Part shown: one piece after another, positions 41,622-54,799 of the stretch | Position numbering within the stretch: position 1 is the first letter of the stretch | How the letters are laid out: each line of letters begins with the position of its first letter | NCBI RefSeq assembly: GCF_006345805.1 | Contig: NC_042997.1 | Span: 31,310,001-31,374,000, forward strand | From: Octopus sinensis | Lineage: Eukaryota | Reading direction: 5' to 3' | DNA: 64,000 nucleotides | Made by a program: the position numbers and the translations under genes | Notes under the pieces: model-generated | What the model saw: only the letters and a program-made list of their open reading frames with translations | Databases searched by the model: none | What the model was told of the DNA's origin: nothing

Positions 41622-41752
41622 GACTGCTGGCCTTCCGTAAACAACCTTGCTTTGACTTGTACCTCGGAGGGTAACTTTCTAGGTGCAATCTCATGGTCAT
41701 TCAAGACCGAAGGGGGTCTCCCATATCTATCTATCTATCTATCTATCTATCT

Positions 41753-41811
<59 letters not shown>

Positions 41812-41822
41812 CTATCTATATC

Positions 41823-41854
<32 letters not shown>

Positions 41855-41974
41855 ACACACAAACACACACACATATATATATGGATATTTTATCATATAA
41901 TTATATATATATGCATATATGTATGTGTGTGTGTGTATGTGTGTGTATGTATGTGTGTGTGTGTGTGTGTGACT

Positions 41975-42230
41975 TTAACGTGGTGATTTCAATTCCTGGA
42001 CCGGGTAGTGCTTTGATCTTTGAGCTTTGCAATGCACCTTCATCTCACGTTGCATTGCAATCACTTCGACACCTGAAGCGTAGTACACCGTGCATCTGTT
42101 CAGGTACCGTCGATGTCATGGACAGAGTGAGCTAATGTACAGCACAAGCATTTGACTACTATAAGCAAATCATTTGTGCAGGTTGATCAACAAAGAACTC
42201 TTTCTCGGACGACGAGAGATTACCATCATA
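41975..42230 (+). mobile_element. CORE-type SINE, diverged
   Basis: TTTCAATTCCTGGACCGGG then a core-like segment similar to 1153-1410. Confidence 0.5.
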
Positions 42231-42304
42231 TAAATATATATTTCGTTTCAAGACAGCAGTGGCGTGAAACCTGTGAGCTTCAGTACCAGGAAACAAACGT
42301 ATAT

Positions 42305-42543
42305 ATATTTCTTTACTACCCACAACGGGCTAAACACAGAGGGGACAAACAAGGACAAACAAGGACAAACAAACGGATTAAGTCGATTACATCGACCCCC
42401 AGTGCGTAACTGGTACTTAATTTATCGACCCTGAAAGGATGAAAGGCAAAGTCGACCTCGGCGGAATTTGAACTCAGAACGTAACGGCAGACGAAATACG
42501 GCTACGCATTTCGCCCGGCGTGCTAACGTTTCGGCCAGCTTGC
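42305..42543 (-). mobile_element. SINE family A, full length
   Basis: Near-identical to 26335-26555 and 57495-57730. Confidence 0.9.
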
Positions 42544-42621
42544 CAGGAAACAAAAGTATATACTCTACAGCATGTATTGAGCACAACTTCCTCATTTGTT
42601 CGACATAAAGCAACGTACGCA

Positions 42622-42689
<68 letters not shown>

Positions 42690-43323
42690 ACACGCACACA
42701 CACACACACACAAGTGCATACGTAACACGTTTGTTTGCCAACGGGATGTAACCTAAGAGATTCATGCGGGGGTTACAAGATTATCTCCTCTTGGATACAA
42801 CAGTCACTCTCCTCTCTCCCTATACACAAATCAAGGTCTTGTGCCTATCTAAGAAATCATTACAAAGTCTTTTGTCAACACCGCGCTACAAATACTCCTG
42901 TAAAAACACTCCTCTCTCCTTTAGAAATGTGTGGTCTGATGATTAAAGAAGAAACTAGTTTTAGTGAGCCACAGCTTACCTATTTTGTATATATCAGTGA
43001 TTCCCCACCTCCCTTTAGTTTATCTAATCTGTTATATATTTTATGTATATTTTTATGACTTAAACACTTCGTCTGACCGTTTCCTCTTTTTCTTCCACTG
43101 TTTATTTGATATTTTTTATGGTTTTGCAAAAAAACATTGGTCTGGCTTTATGCGTTAATGTCATGCGCTTCTTGCTTACATATATATATATATATATAAT
43201 ATATATATACATATATTATTATACACCACACAACCACACACACATATATATATACACACACACGCGCACATATATTTATATATCTGAGGGAGAGAACGAC
43301 ATGCACACACATGTGTTTTCCAT

Positions 43324-43367
<44 letters not shown>

Positions 43368-43463
43368 TAATATATATTATTATAATATATATATGCATGT
43401 ATGTATATACGCATGTATGTATGTATGTATGCATGCATGTAAGTATGTATGTATGTATATATG

Positions 43464-43503
<40 letters not shown>

Positions 43504-43537
43504 ACATACATATATATGCATATATATATATACATAC

Positions 43538-43568
<31 letters not shown>

Positions 43569-43595
43569 ATAATATATATATATATTATATATATA

Positions 43596-43654
<59 letters not shown>

Positions 43655-44081
43655 GCATGTATGTATATATAAATGAAAGTTCCAATCCCCTTTTGTCTGC
43701 TTTTTCTCTCTCTCTTTGTTCTAGTTCTTTTTCGCATTTCCCCAATTTTTTCTATTTTTGTCTCTTGCATTTGTCTTCCTCTTGTGGGTGGTATAATTTT
43801 CCTGCGGGCGATATACACCCTTCTTCACCCAGATATTATTTTTTTAAAGTCCTTTCTGTGTGTACCGAATTCGTTTGAAGTCGAAACCTGTTTTTAATCA
43901 CACCGCCTAACGCACTCAGCTATAATATCGACGACTCACAAGAGGTGTGAGACTATGAAATTTATTCATGAATGCATTTCAAGAAACCGGAATTTTACAA
44001 AGCAATACCGTGCCATTTTTACAAGAGAATAAATATGTAGATACATACATACATACATACATACATACATACATACATACA

Positions 44082-44113
<32 letters not shown>

Positions 44114-44436
44114 CATACATACATACATACATACATACATACATACATACATACATGCATGCATGTATACATACATGCATGCATGCATACATACATACAC
44201 AAACAAATGTATGCTCACATATATACACAGACGTATGCACACATACGCACATACACACACGCATGCACACACAGACGTGACGATCAGGTTAAACATATGT
44301 ATATTACATACATATATAAATATACGTATGTATATATTTATGTCTTATATGTATGTATATATATGTATATGTATATATACATATGTACTTATAAATATAT
44401 ACATGTAATATATATCTAAATGTTTTATATATATAT

Positions 44437-44498
<62 letters not shown>

Positions 44499-45439
44499 TA
44501 AAAACTCACATAAAAGCATGATACATGGAAACGAAGTACAGGAATGTTAATTTGTATACACGTTTACGCACTATGTATATTTAAAACATCAAACAAAAAA
44601 CTTGGAGGACCAGAAAATCTCAACAACTGGACAAATCTCTCTATATAAAAGTCAATAAAATTGCCGTAGGAACAATCTAAAAGCAACAACAATAATAATT
44701 ATAAGTCCTTCTACACTTTCTAAGGAAACGTAGGATAGGAATTGCACTTGTTGACTCTGATTCAATTAGGTAAATTTGCTCAATGCCTGACTGAAAGAAA
44801 TAGAATATATCCTCTGGGCACAGTTCAATCTTCATTAACTCCTGTATCAATGATCCTGAAGTGAAATACACTGAACAATCTCACGACCACTGCCCTGTAA
44901 ACTTCAATGTGAAAAAGAATATCTCTTCTCTGTTAGTCACACCAAATGCATACATAAGATGATTGTCTAGTCTTTTGAGATAACATCCGTCCCATATTCA
45001 GCCGGATTGTTCTGATTTACTTTCTTACCTGTATTTGCGCGGATATGACTTTTCACCATGAATTTATCACCGTAAGACTTTATAAAACACAAAACCAGCT
45101 CTGGATTAACTATTAAGCAAAATAAGCACGTGCTTAGGACATCATGGTAAGGAGGCACCACAGAAATGGTAAATGATTTATGGCACAAAATCACTTTAAA
45201 CTTGCTAAAATAATATTCGTGGTTCCTTTATCTCTACTGAGTATAGATACAGATGTGTTACCTAAGATTAATTTTGAGGATCTGATCAAAGATTTTGCAA
45301 TTCAAAAATGAGAACTACGTTAAGGCGGTAAGGGTACACGTGTCTGTGGAGTGCTCAGCCACTTGCACGTTAATTTCACAAGCAGACTATTCCGTTGATC
45401 GACGGAGTGCAAACACACGCACGCACGCACGCACACACA

Positions 45440-45490
<51 letters not shown>

Positions 45491-45557
45491 AAAATTGAAA
45501 GAAATCAGAAAATGGTGATAGCATTGATCAACGACGATTGATTTGCACCAATTACTC

Positions 45558-45955
45558 TTTCACTCTTTTACTTGTTTCAGTCATTTTTGACTGCGGCCAT
45601 GCTGGAGCACCACCTTTAGTCGAGCAAATCGACCCCGGGACTTATTCTTTGTAAGCTCAGTACTTATTCTATCGGTCTCTTTTGCCGAACCGCTAAGTGA
45701 CGGGGACGTAAACACACCAGCATCGGTTGTCAAGCAATGCTAGGGGGAAAAACACAGACACACAAACACATACATACATATATATATATACATATATACG
45801 ACAGGCTTCTTTCAGTTTCCGTTTACCAAATCCACTCACAAAGCATTGGTCGGCCCGGGGCTATAGCAGAGGACACTTGCCCAAGATGCCACACAGTGAG
45901 ACTGAACCCGGAACCATGTGGTTAGTAAGCAAGCTACTTACCACACAGCCACTCC
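45558..45955 (-). mobile_element. SINE family B, full length
   Basis: High similarity to other B copies. Confidence 0.9.
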
Positions 45956-46604
45956 AATTATTATTTATTAATAATTTACAAAATGACTGCATCACATCTA
46001 ACAGCTGTTTTCTTTTTTTAACTTATCGTCCAGTGGCTCTACACGCAACAGGACTTGACTTTTACCATATTCAACATTTCCTACTTCTTCTCTTGTCTCT
46101 TCTTTTTATTTATTTATTTCCCACTCTGATGAAGCTCCATGATTGAACTCGGTTTTATTACAAACTATGATAAATATTCTCTTAGCATCATAATGGTAAT
46201 TCTAAAGAACATTGACAGCAGAAACAGCCATTAGATGGGATGCAGTCTTTTTATAAATTATTAATAAATAATAATTGATGCAAATCACTTGTTGTTCATC
46301 AATTTTATTTCCATTTTCTGTTTTCTTTAAATTTTGATTCCTTATAAACTCCTGTTTACCTTTGGTTTTACCTATAATTTATGAGCATAACATTTTTGCC
46401 CATCTTTAAATATAGGTAATATACCGGCAGTATTTTGGATACTTTTATCCCTTAGACGGTTATTGTAACCTCTAACTCAAGACTTATTAGCAATTAGAAC
46501 CAAAAGGCACCACTTTTGCTAAAGATAAGAGTTAAACTAACTCAAAGCCAGAAACGCCACTGTCTTAAGTGACTGACAAAGGGAAGTAAGTCCCCAGCGT
46601 AGAC

Positions 46605-46660
46605 AGCCGGACTGTGATTTCAAATTTTGATGTAGACCATTTTAATTTTCATCAGCGGCT
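46605..46660 (-). ncRNA. Type I hammerhead ribozyme (canonical core, GUC site)
   Basis: agccg-CTGATGA-aaatt...aattt-GAAA-tcacag-TC-cggct. Confidence 0.7.
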
Positions 46661-47684
46661 CTTAACACCTAGGGTTAACCTCAACAACTTCTGTCAGTCT
46701 TATAAGAAAAAAACCGTTGAAAAAGTGTGCTGATTTCCAAAACGGTAAAAGTGGAAACAACAAATTATAAAGGGTGTTTTATTAGCAATTAGTAGCTAAA
46801 GGCAAAATTAATAGGGATCACAAAAGTGACAGAGGGTAGTGATTCTTATCTTTAGCAAAAGGGGTGCTGGTCAGTACCCTGTATCACTTTTGTGACCTCC
46901 GTATATTATAGATATATTTCATATATATATATATATGTTTGCGTGTGTGTGTATGTATATATATATATATATGTTCTTTTATTTGTTTCAGTCATTTGAT
47001 TGTAGCCACGCTAGAGAACCGCCTTTAGTCGAGAAAATCGACCCCAGGACTTAAAGTTACAGGGACTGAAACACACCAGCATATATGAGGCGGTTCTTGA
47101 GATATCTTGTTCACGAACAAATACGATTGAAAACAATACCTCCGTCTCCGTTAAGGCACCGAATCTACGTAGTAGACATACAATACGCCAAACGTAACTA
47201 CTTCTCCATAGACTGACAAAAGTCAACTAACTTAATAAATTTACGAATACTCTCGTCAGCAGTGACAACAGCATTTGACCAATCACAGATAAATAAGCAG
47301 CGAATCTGTTTACGTACACAATAAATTCAGATGCGTCAGAGAATTGGAGCTACTAATTTGCATACTAATTTGCATACCATGGGTGTGAAACACTTCATTT
47401 TATTCAGCATGTAACACTTCACGTTTAATTCCTTTTTATTTACAATACAGCCTTGGATATTCGTTTCTTTCTTAGAGAGCAACCCCTTCTTGAAAGGAAA
47501 ACAAATCATAATTCATGTGACAATATGATTGGATTGCAGGAAAGTATCTGATTATATCCCGTATCCATGGCTGCTGTATTTACTACATTTAGCAAAAAAA
47601 GTATCTGCTGCTCTAGTTACTGCCGCTGAAAGCTTCACAAAGATCTCTTCAACCATTCGTCCAGCGACCAATTAGAAGTTCCGC

Positions 47685-47722
<38 letters not shown>

Positions 47723-47981
47723 CAGCAGTCGTGGTGGTGGTGGATGAGGTGGTAGTAGTAGTGGTTGTTTCAACAGCAGTAAGTACGACAGTAGCCGCAG
47801 CATCAGTAAATCAACAAGCATGTTTGGATATCAAAAACATGCAGTTGGAATTTTAAATTGGTTAAGGCCTCATACCGCGGATGTAAATAGCATTACACGA
47901 CAATCACTTGAAGCACTACGTCATCTGGTCATAATCCCTCAGAGCATTCGTAGACCGCCAACGTCGCGTCCAATGTAAGTC

Positions 47982-48016
<35 letters not shown>

Positions 48017-48168
48017 ATAATTTAAGAAGGGCGAGGATTCTCCTATTTATCGCTCGGTTCAGTTTATTCTCTCATTATTTTATTCTCTTTTGAATACTTG
48101 TAAAAGATGAGACAGTGGTGTTGGTGGGGTGACAGAAGTTCCAGTAGTAACTCAGTAAATATATATCT

Positions 48169-48200
<32 letters not shown>

Positions 48201-48220
48201 TATGTATGTATATATATATT

Positions 48221-48340
<120 letters not shown>

Positions 48341-48372
48341 TTAATATATATATATAATATTATATATATATA

Positions 48373-48413
<41 letters not shown>

Positions 48414-48736
48414 TACATATGTATGTATATATATATATATATATACATATGGGTATCAAAAGTGCAGTCGGGTTGCAAGGATTATTTATGCTTTGGGGCG
48501 CCGGATGTAAATAACATTATATAACTATTATAAATAGCTCTGTAAATTGTTTGTCATAAAAGTCGTTTGTTTACCAGCCTGCGATACATGAATGACTTCA
48601 GACCTAGACGGTTCCCCGAAGCCACCAAACAAAGCTACCAAACTATAGACAGCTTGAAACACAAGCATGCATTAACATAGTTTTGTAACTCATGGTTTTT
48701 ACAGAGACTATGGTTTGTTCAAGAATAAGGCAAAAA

Positions 48737-48767
<31 letters not shown>

Positions 48768-49249
48768 AATGAAATAAAAATGAAATAAAAATAAAATAAA
48801 ACTGAAATTCATACGTGCACACAAGAGCATTTCTATGTGGGCACTCGACCTTGTGCCAAAATTTGAAGCAATGATGATGATGATGATGATGATGATGATA
48901 TTCATCATCATCATAATCATCATCATCCCCATCATCATCATTATATCCTCGTCACCACCACCAACACATACATCCACCACCATCATTGTCTTGGTCCCCG
49001 TCCGCGTCACCATCCTCCTCTTCCTCCTCCTCATCATCTTCATTATCACCATCATCATCACACAGCCACCTCCACAATCAAGACCACAACCACCGTCGTC
49101 GTCGTCGTCGTCGCCATCATCAGCATCACCACCATCACCACCATCACCACCATCACCACCATCACCATCATCATCACCATTATTACTGTTATCATTAATG
49201 AGCTGGGTGAGCAGAAGCGTCGGAGTATCAGAATCAAAGCTTTACTTTC

Positions 49250-49410
49250 GTCTGTCTTTACGTTCTGAGTTCAAATTCTGCCGTAGTCGACTTTGCTTTT
49301 CATCCTTTCGGGGTCTTTAAATTAAATACAAGTTGCGTACTGGGGTCGATCATATCGACTGGTCCCCTCCCCCAAAATTTCGAGCCTTGTACCTAGAGTA
49401 GAAAAGAATC
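49250..49410 (+). mobile_element. SINE family A, 5'-truncated
   Basis: B-box, core and type-2 tail. Confidence 0.85.
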
Positions 49411-50052
49411 AAAGCTTTGCTGTATTTGTTTCAGTACTTCAATTCCATTGTACAAATCCAGCCAAATTCATCTTTACCTTTATGCATTTCATTTCAAAAT
49501 GGCCACATCTCTAGCACATGAAAGACACACTCTAGCCACAAAAGTGACAGCAGTCATCTAGAATTCAAATTTTAAGCCAATATTAAGCGAGATTCAAATA
49601 GCAATTCAGCCAGAAACATATAACTAAAACAAAGACATTTTTGAAAAACAAACATTTACAATAGGCGTAGGATTAGCTGTGTGGTAAGTAGCTTGCTTAC
49701 CAACCACATGGTTTCGGGTTCAGTCCCACTGCGTGGCACTTTGGACAAATGTCTTCTACTATACCTCGGGCCGACCAAAGCCTTGTGAGTGGATTTGGTA
49801 GACGGAAACTGAAAGAAGCCCGTCGTATATATATATATATTATATATATATATATATATATATTTATATAATAGGGCTTAGTTACAATAAATTCTTTGCC
49901 ACATACTGACTTAGTAGAAAATAGCAGCCAAAAAAAATTTTTTCTTAGCATTTCTACTACTTAAAGAAAATTTCTCTCAGATAATGTTTACTCCAGACAG
50001 CGCACGAAGGTTTGGGGGTAAATACAGAAAAATATCACAAGTACATAGATCG

Positions 50053-50115
50053 TTTGAGTACGTCAACGTTTCAAGATTAGCCAAATAAAATCAGCATTTC
50101 TTTCGTCAGCTCAAA
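50053..50115 (-). ncRNA. Type I hammerhead ribozyme, copy 1
   Basis: tttgag-CTGACGA-aaga..tctt-GAAA-cgt tg acg-TA-ctcaaa. Confidence 0.88.
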
Positions 50116-50613
50116 TTTCTTAATTTGGATTTGGAAACACTAAAAAGAAGGAACTTTACCTATCAGCGAACTTGTCGATTCAGATGAACCACTCCAACTA
50201 AACAGTGTCACAAATTCAAAATGCGCAGGCGTAAAATTCTGCACTCCCCATTCCACCCACGTGGTCTATCTAGCAAACATTATATTTTAACCGCGAGAAC
50301 CGAGGCAGTATGACCGAGAGAAATGATTATAATATCAACAATTGAGGGTAAAATTAATTAATTAATCAATTTCACAAGTGTTCAGTATGTAAAAAGACCA
50401 TTTAAGGCGAATTCAAAATATTACAATTATATAATTAGGGCTTAGTAAAATAAATTACTTTGCCACATACTGAACTTAGTAGAAATAGCAGCCAAAAAAA
50501 TTTTTCTTAGCATTTCTACTACTTAAAGAAAAATTCTCTCAGATAATGTTTACTCCAGACAGCGCACGAAGGTTTGGGGGTAAATACAGAAAATATCACA
50601 AGTACATAGATCG

Positions 50614-50680
50614 TTTGAGTACGTCAACGTTTCAAGATTAGCCAAATAAAATCAAATCAGCATTCTTTCGTCAGCTCAAA
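50614..50680 (-). ncRNA. Type I hammerhead ribozyme, copy 2
   Basis: Same motif, 561 bp from copy 1. Confidence 0.85.
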
Positions 50681-51205
50681 TTTCTTAATTTGGATTTGGA
50701 AACACTAAAAAAGAAGGAACTTTACCTATCAGCGAACTTGTCGCTTCAGATGAACCACTCCAACTAAACAGTGTCAACTTTAATAACACTGAGGTTTGCT
50801 AAGAAAAAAATATTTTTTGCTGCTATTTCTACTAAGTTCAGTATGTGGCAAAGAGTATTTATTTTACTAAGCCTAATTTATATGTAATATTAATCGCCTT
50901 ATGGTATTTTTTGATTTCGAACATGGTTTTTTTAATCTGAACACTTGGTGAAATTGATTATTAATTAATTTTACCCCATTGTTGTATTATAATTCATTTC
51001 TCTCGGTCATACTGCCTCGGTTCTCGCGGTTAAAATATAATGTTTACTAGATAACCACGTGGGTGGAATGGGGAGTGCAGAATTTAACGCCTGCGCATTT
51101 TGAATTTGTTGACACTGTTTAGTTGGAGTGGTTCATCTGAATCGACAAGTTCGCTGATAGGTAAAGTTCCTTCTTTTTAGTGTTTCCAAATCCAAATTAA
51201 GAAAT

Positions 51206-51266
51206 TTTGAGCTGACGAAAGAAGCTGATTTTATTTGGCTAATCTTGAAACGTTGACGTACTCAAA
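51206..51266 (+). ncRNA. Type I hammerhead ribozyme, copy 3
   Basis: Same motif on the + strand; predicted cleavage after 51260 (GUA). Confidence 0.9.
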
Positions 51267-52025
51267 CGATCTATGTACTTGTGATATTTTTCTGTATTTA
51301 CCCCCAGACCTTCGTGCGCTGTCTGGAGTAAACATTATCTGAGAGAAATTTTCTTTAAGTAGTAGAAATGCTAAGAAAAAATTTTTTTTGGCTGCTATTT
51401 CTACTAAGTTCAGTATGTGGCAAAGTAATTTATTTTACTAAGCCCTAATTATATAATGTAATATTTTGAATTCGCCTTAAATGGTCCTTTTACATACTGA
51501 ACACTTGGTGAAATTGATTAATTAATTAATTTTACCCTCAATTGTTGATATATATATATATATATGGTGGATTCTCTCATCGAAGACGATGAATGAGGGT
51601 TCAGTAAATAACCTTCAGCAATTCCTAAGCCTTGTGGCACCGCATGTGTACCTTCAATCCAGCAGATGTCTTGCACACTTAATCGTCATAGAATTAAAAA
51701 AAAAAAGCACACATCGATGCGCCAAACCTCAGGTGCTATCGAGTGAAAATGGTTCACTGAACAACCGGCACTTTGACTTGTTTAAAGTGGTCATTGCTTG
51801 TGCTGAACAAAGCACACTCTCTCCATCGAATTAACATGGTCTGTACATGGTCTGTACAGGTGCACGGCGTGCTACACGTCAGATGATAAAACGATCGCAG
51901 GATTATCTTTAAGAGTGTTCCGTCTCCTAGATCAGTTGTGAGAGTCAACACTAAGGGTCTGATCCACCCTGGTAGGCTTCTGGCGCGCCTGGGCACCATA
52001 CCAGGTATGTGTCTAGGTCCTCGCG

Positions 52026-52089
<64 letters not shown>

Positions 52090-52469
52090 TATACATATAT
52101 AATATGTATGTAGTGTGTGTATACGTTTGTTTGTCTGTGTTGTCCCCCACAACATCGCTTGAAACCGATGCTGGTGTGTTTTATGTCCCCGTAACTTAGC
52201 GGTTCGGCAAAAGAGACCGATAGAATAAGTACTAGGCTTACAAAGAATAAGTCCAAGGGTCGATTTGTTCGACTAAAGGCAGTGCTCCAGTATGGCCGCA
52301 GTCAAATGACTGAAACAAGTAAAATAGTAAAAGAGTAATCGAAATGTGAAAAACACTAACAGTAAATGACGCAAGAAAGTTATATAAAATACATTAAGAA
52401 AACGGTAACCAGAAACCCCCTCTCTCCTCATTCTCCACCCATTCATATTGTCTGTCTTCGACTTGATTC

Positions 52470-52760
52470 GGTCATTAGATAGCAGCCATGCAGCGGGGAA
52501 CGACTTCAAGTGTTTAATCGAAAAAATGGACCCCCAGTACTTTTTAAGTAAGCCTACTACGTATCCTGTCGGCTTTGCAGAATTGTTAAGTTACGGGACC
52601 GTAAGCAAACCAACATAGAATGTCAAGCGATGGTGGGGGAACACATATACATAAACGCACAAACAAACGCATACACACACATACACACATATACATGCAC
52701 GAATTTGGCCGGCACGGAGCTATAGAAGAAGACACTTGCCGAAGGTGCTACGCAACGAGA
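52470..52760 (-). mobile_element. SINE family B, diverged
   Basis: Tail and partial head recognisable. Confidence 0.65.
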
Positions 52761-53044
52761 TTGGAGTAAAGAAGATTGAAATGCGATATACGTTAAAACA
52801 TTGAGTTGAGATAACTTGTAGAGGAATGGGAGATATAGAATCATATTTATTTTGTTGATGGACACTCATATCAAATTTATTGATTTATCTTGTTCAGGAC
52901 GTTGATGAAATGTATGTCTGGACGCCATTTTAATTTTGGCCAAGAAACGAATGTAAATTTTTCGTGACGTTAGATTAACGGCAATATACATATATACACA
53001 TGTATATACACGCGCATATATTATATAGTCATATATGTACATAC

Positions 53045-53075
<31 letters not shown>

Positions 53076-53206
53076 TGTGTGTGTGTGTGTTGTGTGTGTA
53101 TGTATTATTATATATATCATATCTATATATATATGTGCATATACATATCTACAAACATAATATATAATGATACATGTAAAAATATATATACAATATATAT
53201 ATATAT

Positions 53207-53241
<35 letters not shown>

Positions 53242-53738
53242 GTTATATATATATGTGTGGTGTGTGGGTTTGTGGGTGTGTGTGAGTATGTGTTTGTGTA
53301 CACATAATATGTATATATATATATGTGTGTGTATATCTTTCATTCACTCACATATGCATATATATATGTGTATGTATTTGTTAGCATCAGTGCGTCTATG
53401 TGTGTGTGTGTGTGTGTTTGCGTGAGTGTGTTAGTGCGTGTCTGTCTGTGTTGATGGGACTTGATGGTATTTATAAGATGGTCATATTTCATTCGTTTCC
53501 GAAGTCTTCTGAGTTAAAATAAATTGATGGCGTGTACGAAAGTTGCGTGGAATGCAGTATTTGTCTATCAAATAGCTTGGTCAGTATACCTCGGTGAGTG
53601 AAGAAATTAGGTTCGGGGAAAATGAAATAGTATTTAGAAAGGTGCTTCAATATTTGATCTGTAGCGAGAGAAGGAAGGCTCGTATTTAAAATAGAATGTA
53701 GATATTGACAGACCTATCAAAGAACAGTGAGGAATTAC

Positions 53739-54149
53739 GCAGGAGTGGCTGTGTGGTAAGTAGCTTGCTAACCAACCACATGGTTCCGAGTTCAGTCCCA
53801 CTGCGTGGCATCTTGGGCAAGTGTTTTTTCTGCTATAGCCCCGAGCCGACCAATGCCTTGTGAGTGGATTTGGTAGACGGAAACTGAAAGAAGCCTGGTC
53901 GTATATATGTATTATATATAAAGTGTGTGTGTATATGTTTTTGTGTGTCTGGTTTGTCCCCCTAGCATTGCGTGACAACCGATGCTGGTGTGTTTACGTC
54001 CCCGTCACCTAGCGGTTCGGCCAAACCGATAGAATAAGTGCTGGGCTTACAAAGAATAAAGTCCCGGGTCGATTTGCTCGACTAAAGGCATGCTCCAGCA
54101 TGGCCGCAGTCAAATGACTGAAACAAGTAAAAGAGTAAAGAGTAAAAGA
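53739..54149 (+). mobile_element. SINE family B, full length
   Basis: GCAGGAGTGGCTGTGTGG ... (GAGTAAA)n. Confidence 0.9.
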
Positions 54150-54230
54150 GTATATATATATTGATAAAAATTGTAAGACAGCAAAAGAATGAAAGAACCC
54201 CTCGATATTATGTAAAGAGAGGAATTTATC

Positions 54231-54343
54231 TGTAAATGTAGTATGTGACAATTATTCGGTAGCCATGATAAAACTCCGAGTTTCCACCTCGGCATCCGAA
54301 ACTCGGAGTTTTATCATGGCTACCAAATAATTGTCACATATTA

Positions 54344-54351
<8 letters not shown>
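54231..54351. repeat. Inverted repeat (54-bp arms, 13-bp spacer) containing a HHR-like 3' half on both strands
   Basis: Arms carry GAAACTCGGAGTTTTATC; 3 mismatches between arms. Confidence 0.85.
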
Positions 54352-54425
<74 letters not shown>

Positions 54426-54551
54426 AGTTTATATGACTGTGTCTAGAAGAATATATTAATCAAAGAAATTCCAACTTAATCTGGTTTTCACGTTTTATTA
54501 TTTGCAATTTTTACAATCTTTCAATTTTACAATATTGATATAAACTATTAC

Positions 54552-54681
54552 ATTAATGCGTTACGCATTCATCACGTTTATGTAGTGAATTCTGTGTTCC
54601 ACAATCGACAGCTGTCAGTTGTCAATTGTGGAACACGAGTGTCACTATATAAACCTGATGATTGCGTAACACATGATTAAT
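54552..54681. repeat. Imperfect ~60-bp-arm hairpin (probable MITE)
   Basis: GTGTTCCACAATCGACAGCT / AGTTGTCAATTGTGGAACAC core, with pairing extending outward. Confidence 0.75.
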
Positions 54682-54799
54682 GTGTACACACACACATTTG
54701 TGGATACATAACCGGCTGTGACACAGGGAATCTGGTTACAAACTCACGACATCCCATCCTAGCGATGACCTCTTATCAATCTTCTATCTTTTATATTTC

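Larger units (their letters stand above)
49870..51550. mobile_element. Tandem-plus-inverted array of a ~561-bp HHR-bearing unit (retrozyme-like or PLE pLTR)
   Basis: Left arm 49870-50778 (about 1.6 units), ~19-bp spacer, inverted arm 50798-51550 (about 1.3 units); near-identical copies; (TA)n on both sides. Confidence 0.9.
49665..52335 (+). mobile_element. SINE family B split by about 2.2 kb of nested insertions
   Basis: 5' half 49665-49830 ends in (TA)n; 3' half resumes after (TA)n at about 52120-52335. Confidence 0.7.

Noticed and set aside
42930-42975. CTGATGA...GAAACTAGTT, hammerhead-like
   Set aside because: Only a 2-bp A-U stem II, and stem I does not pair next to the cleavage site.
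45030-45110. Minus-strand CAG|GTAAGA donor with KSHIRANTG, zinc-finger-linker-like
   Set aside because: Lacks the C2H2 Cys/His spacing; insufficient evidence for an exon.
46120-46160. CTGATGAAGCTCC after a pyrimidine-rich segment
   Set aside because: GAAA and stem II partner missing; may be a deleted HHR but cannot be supported.
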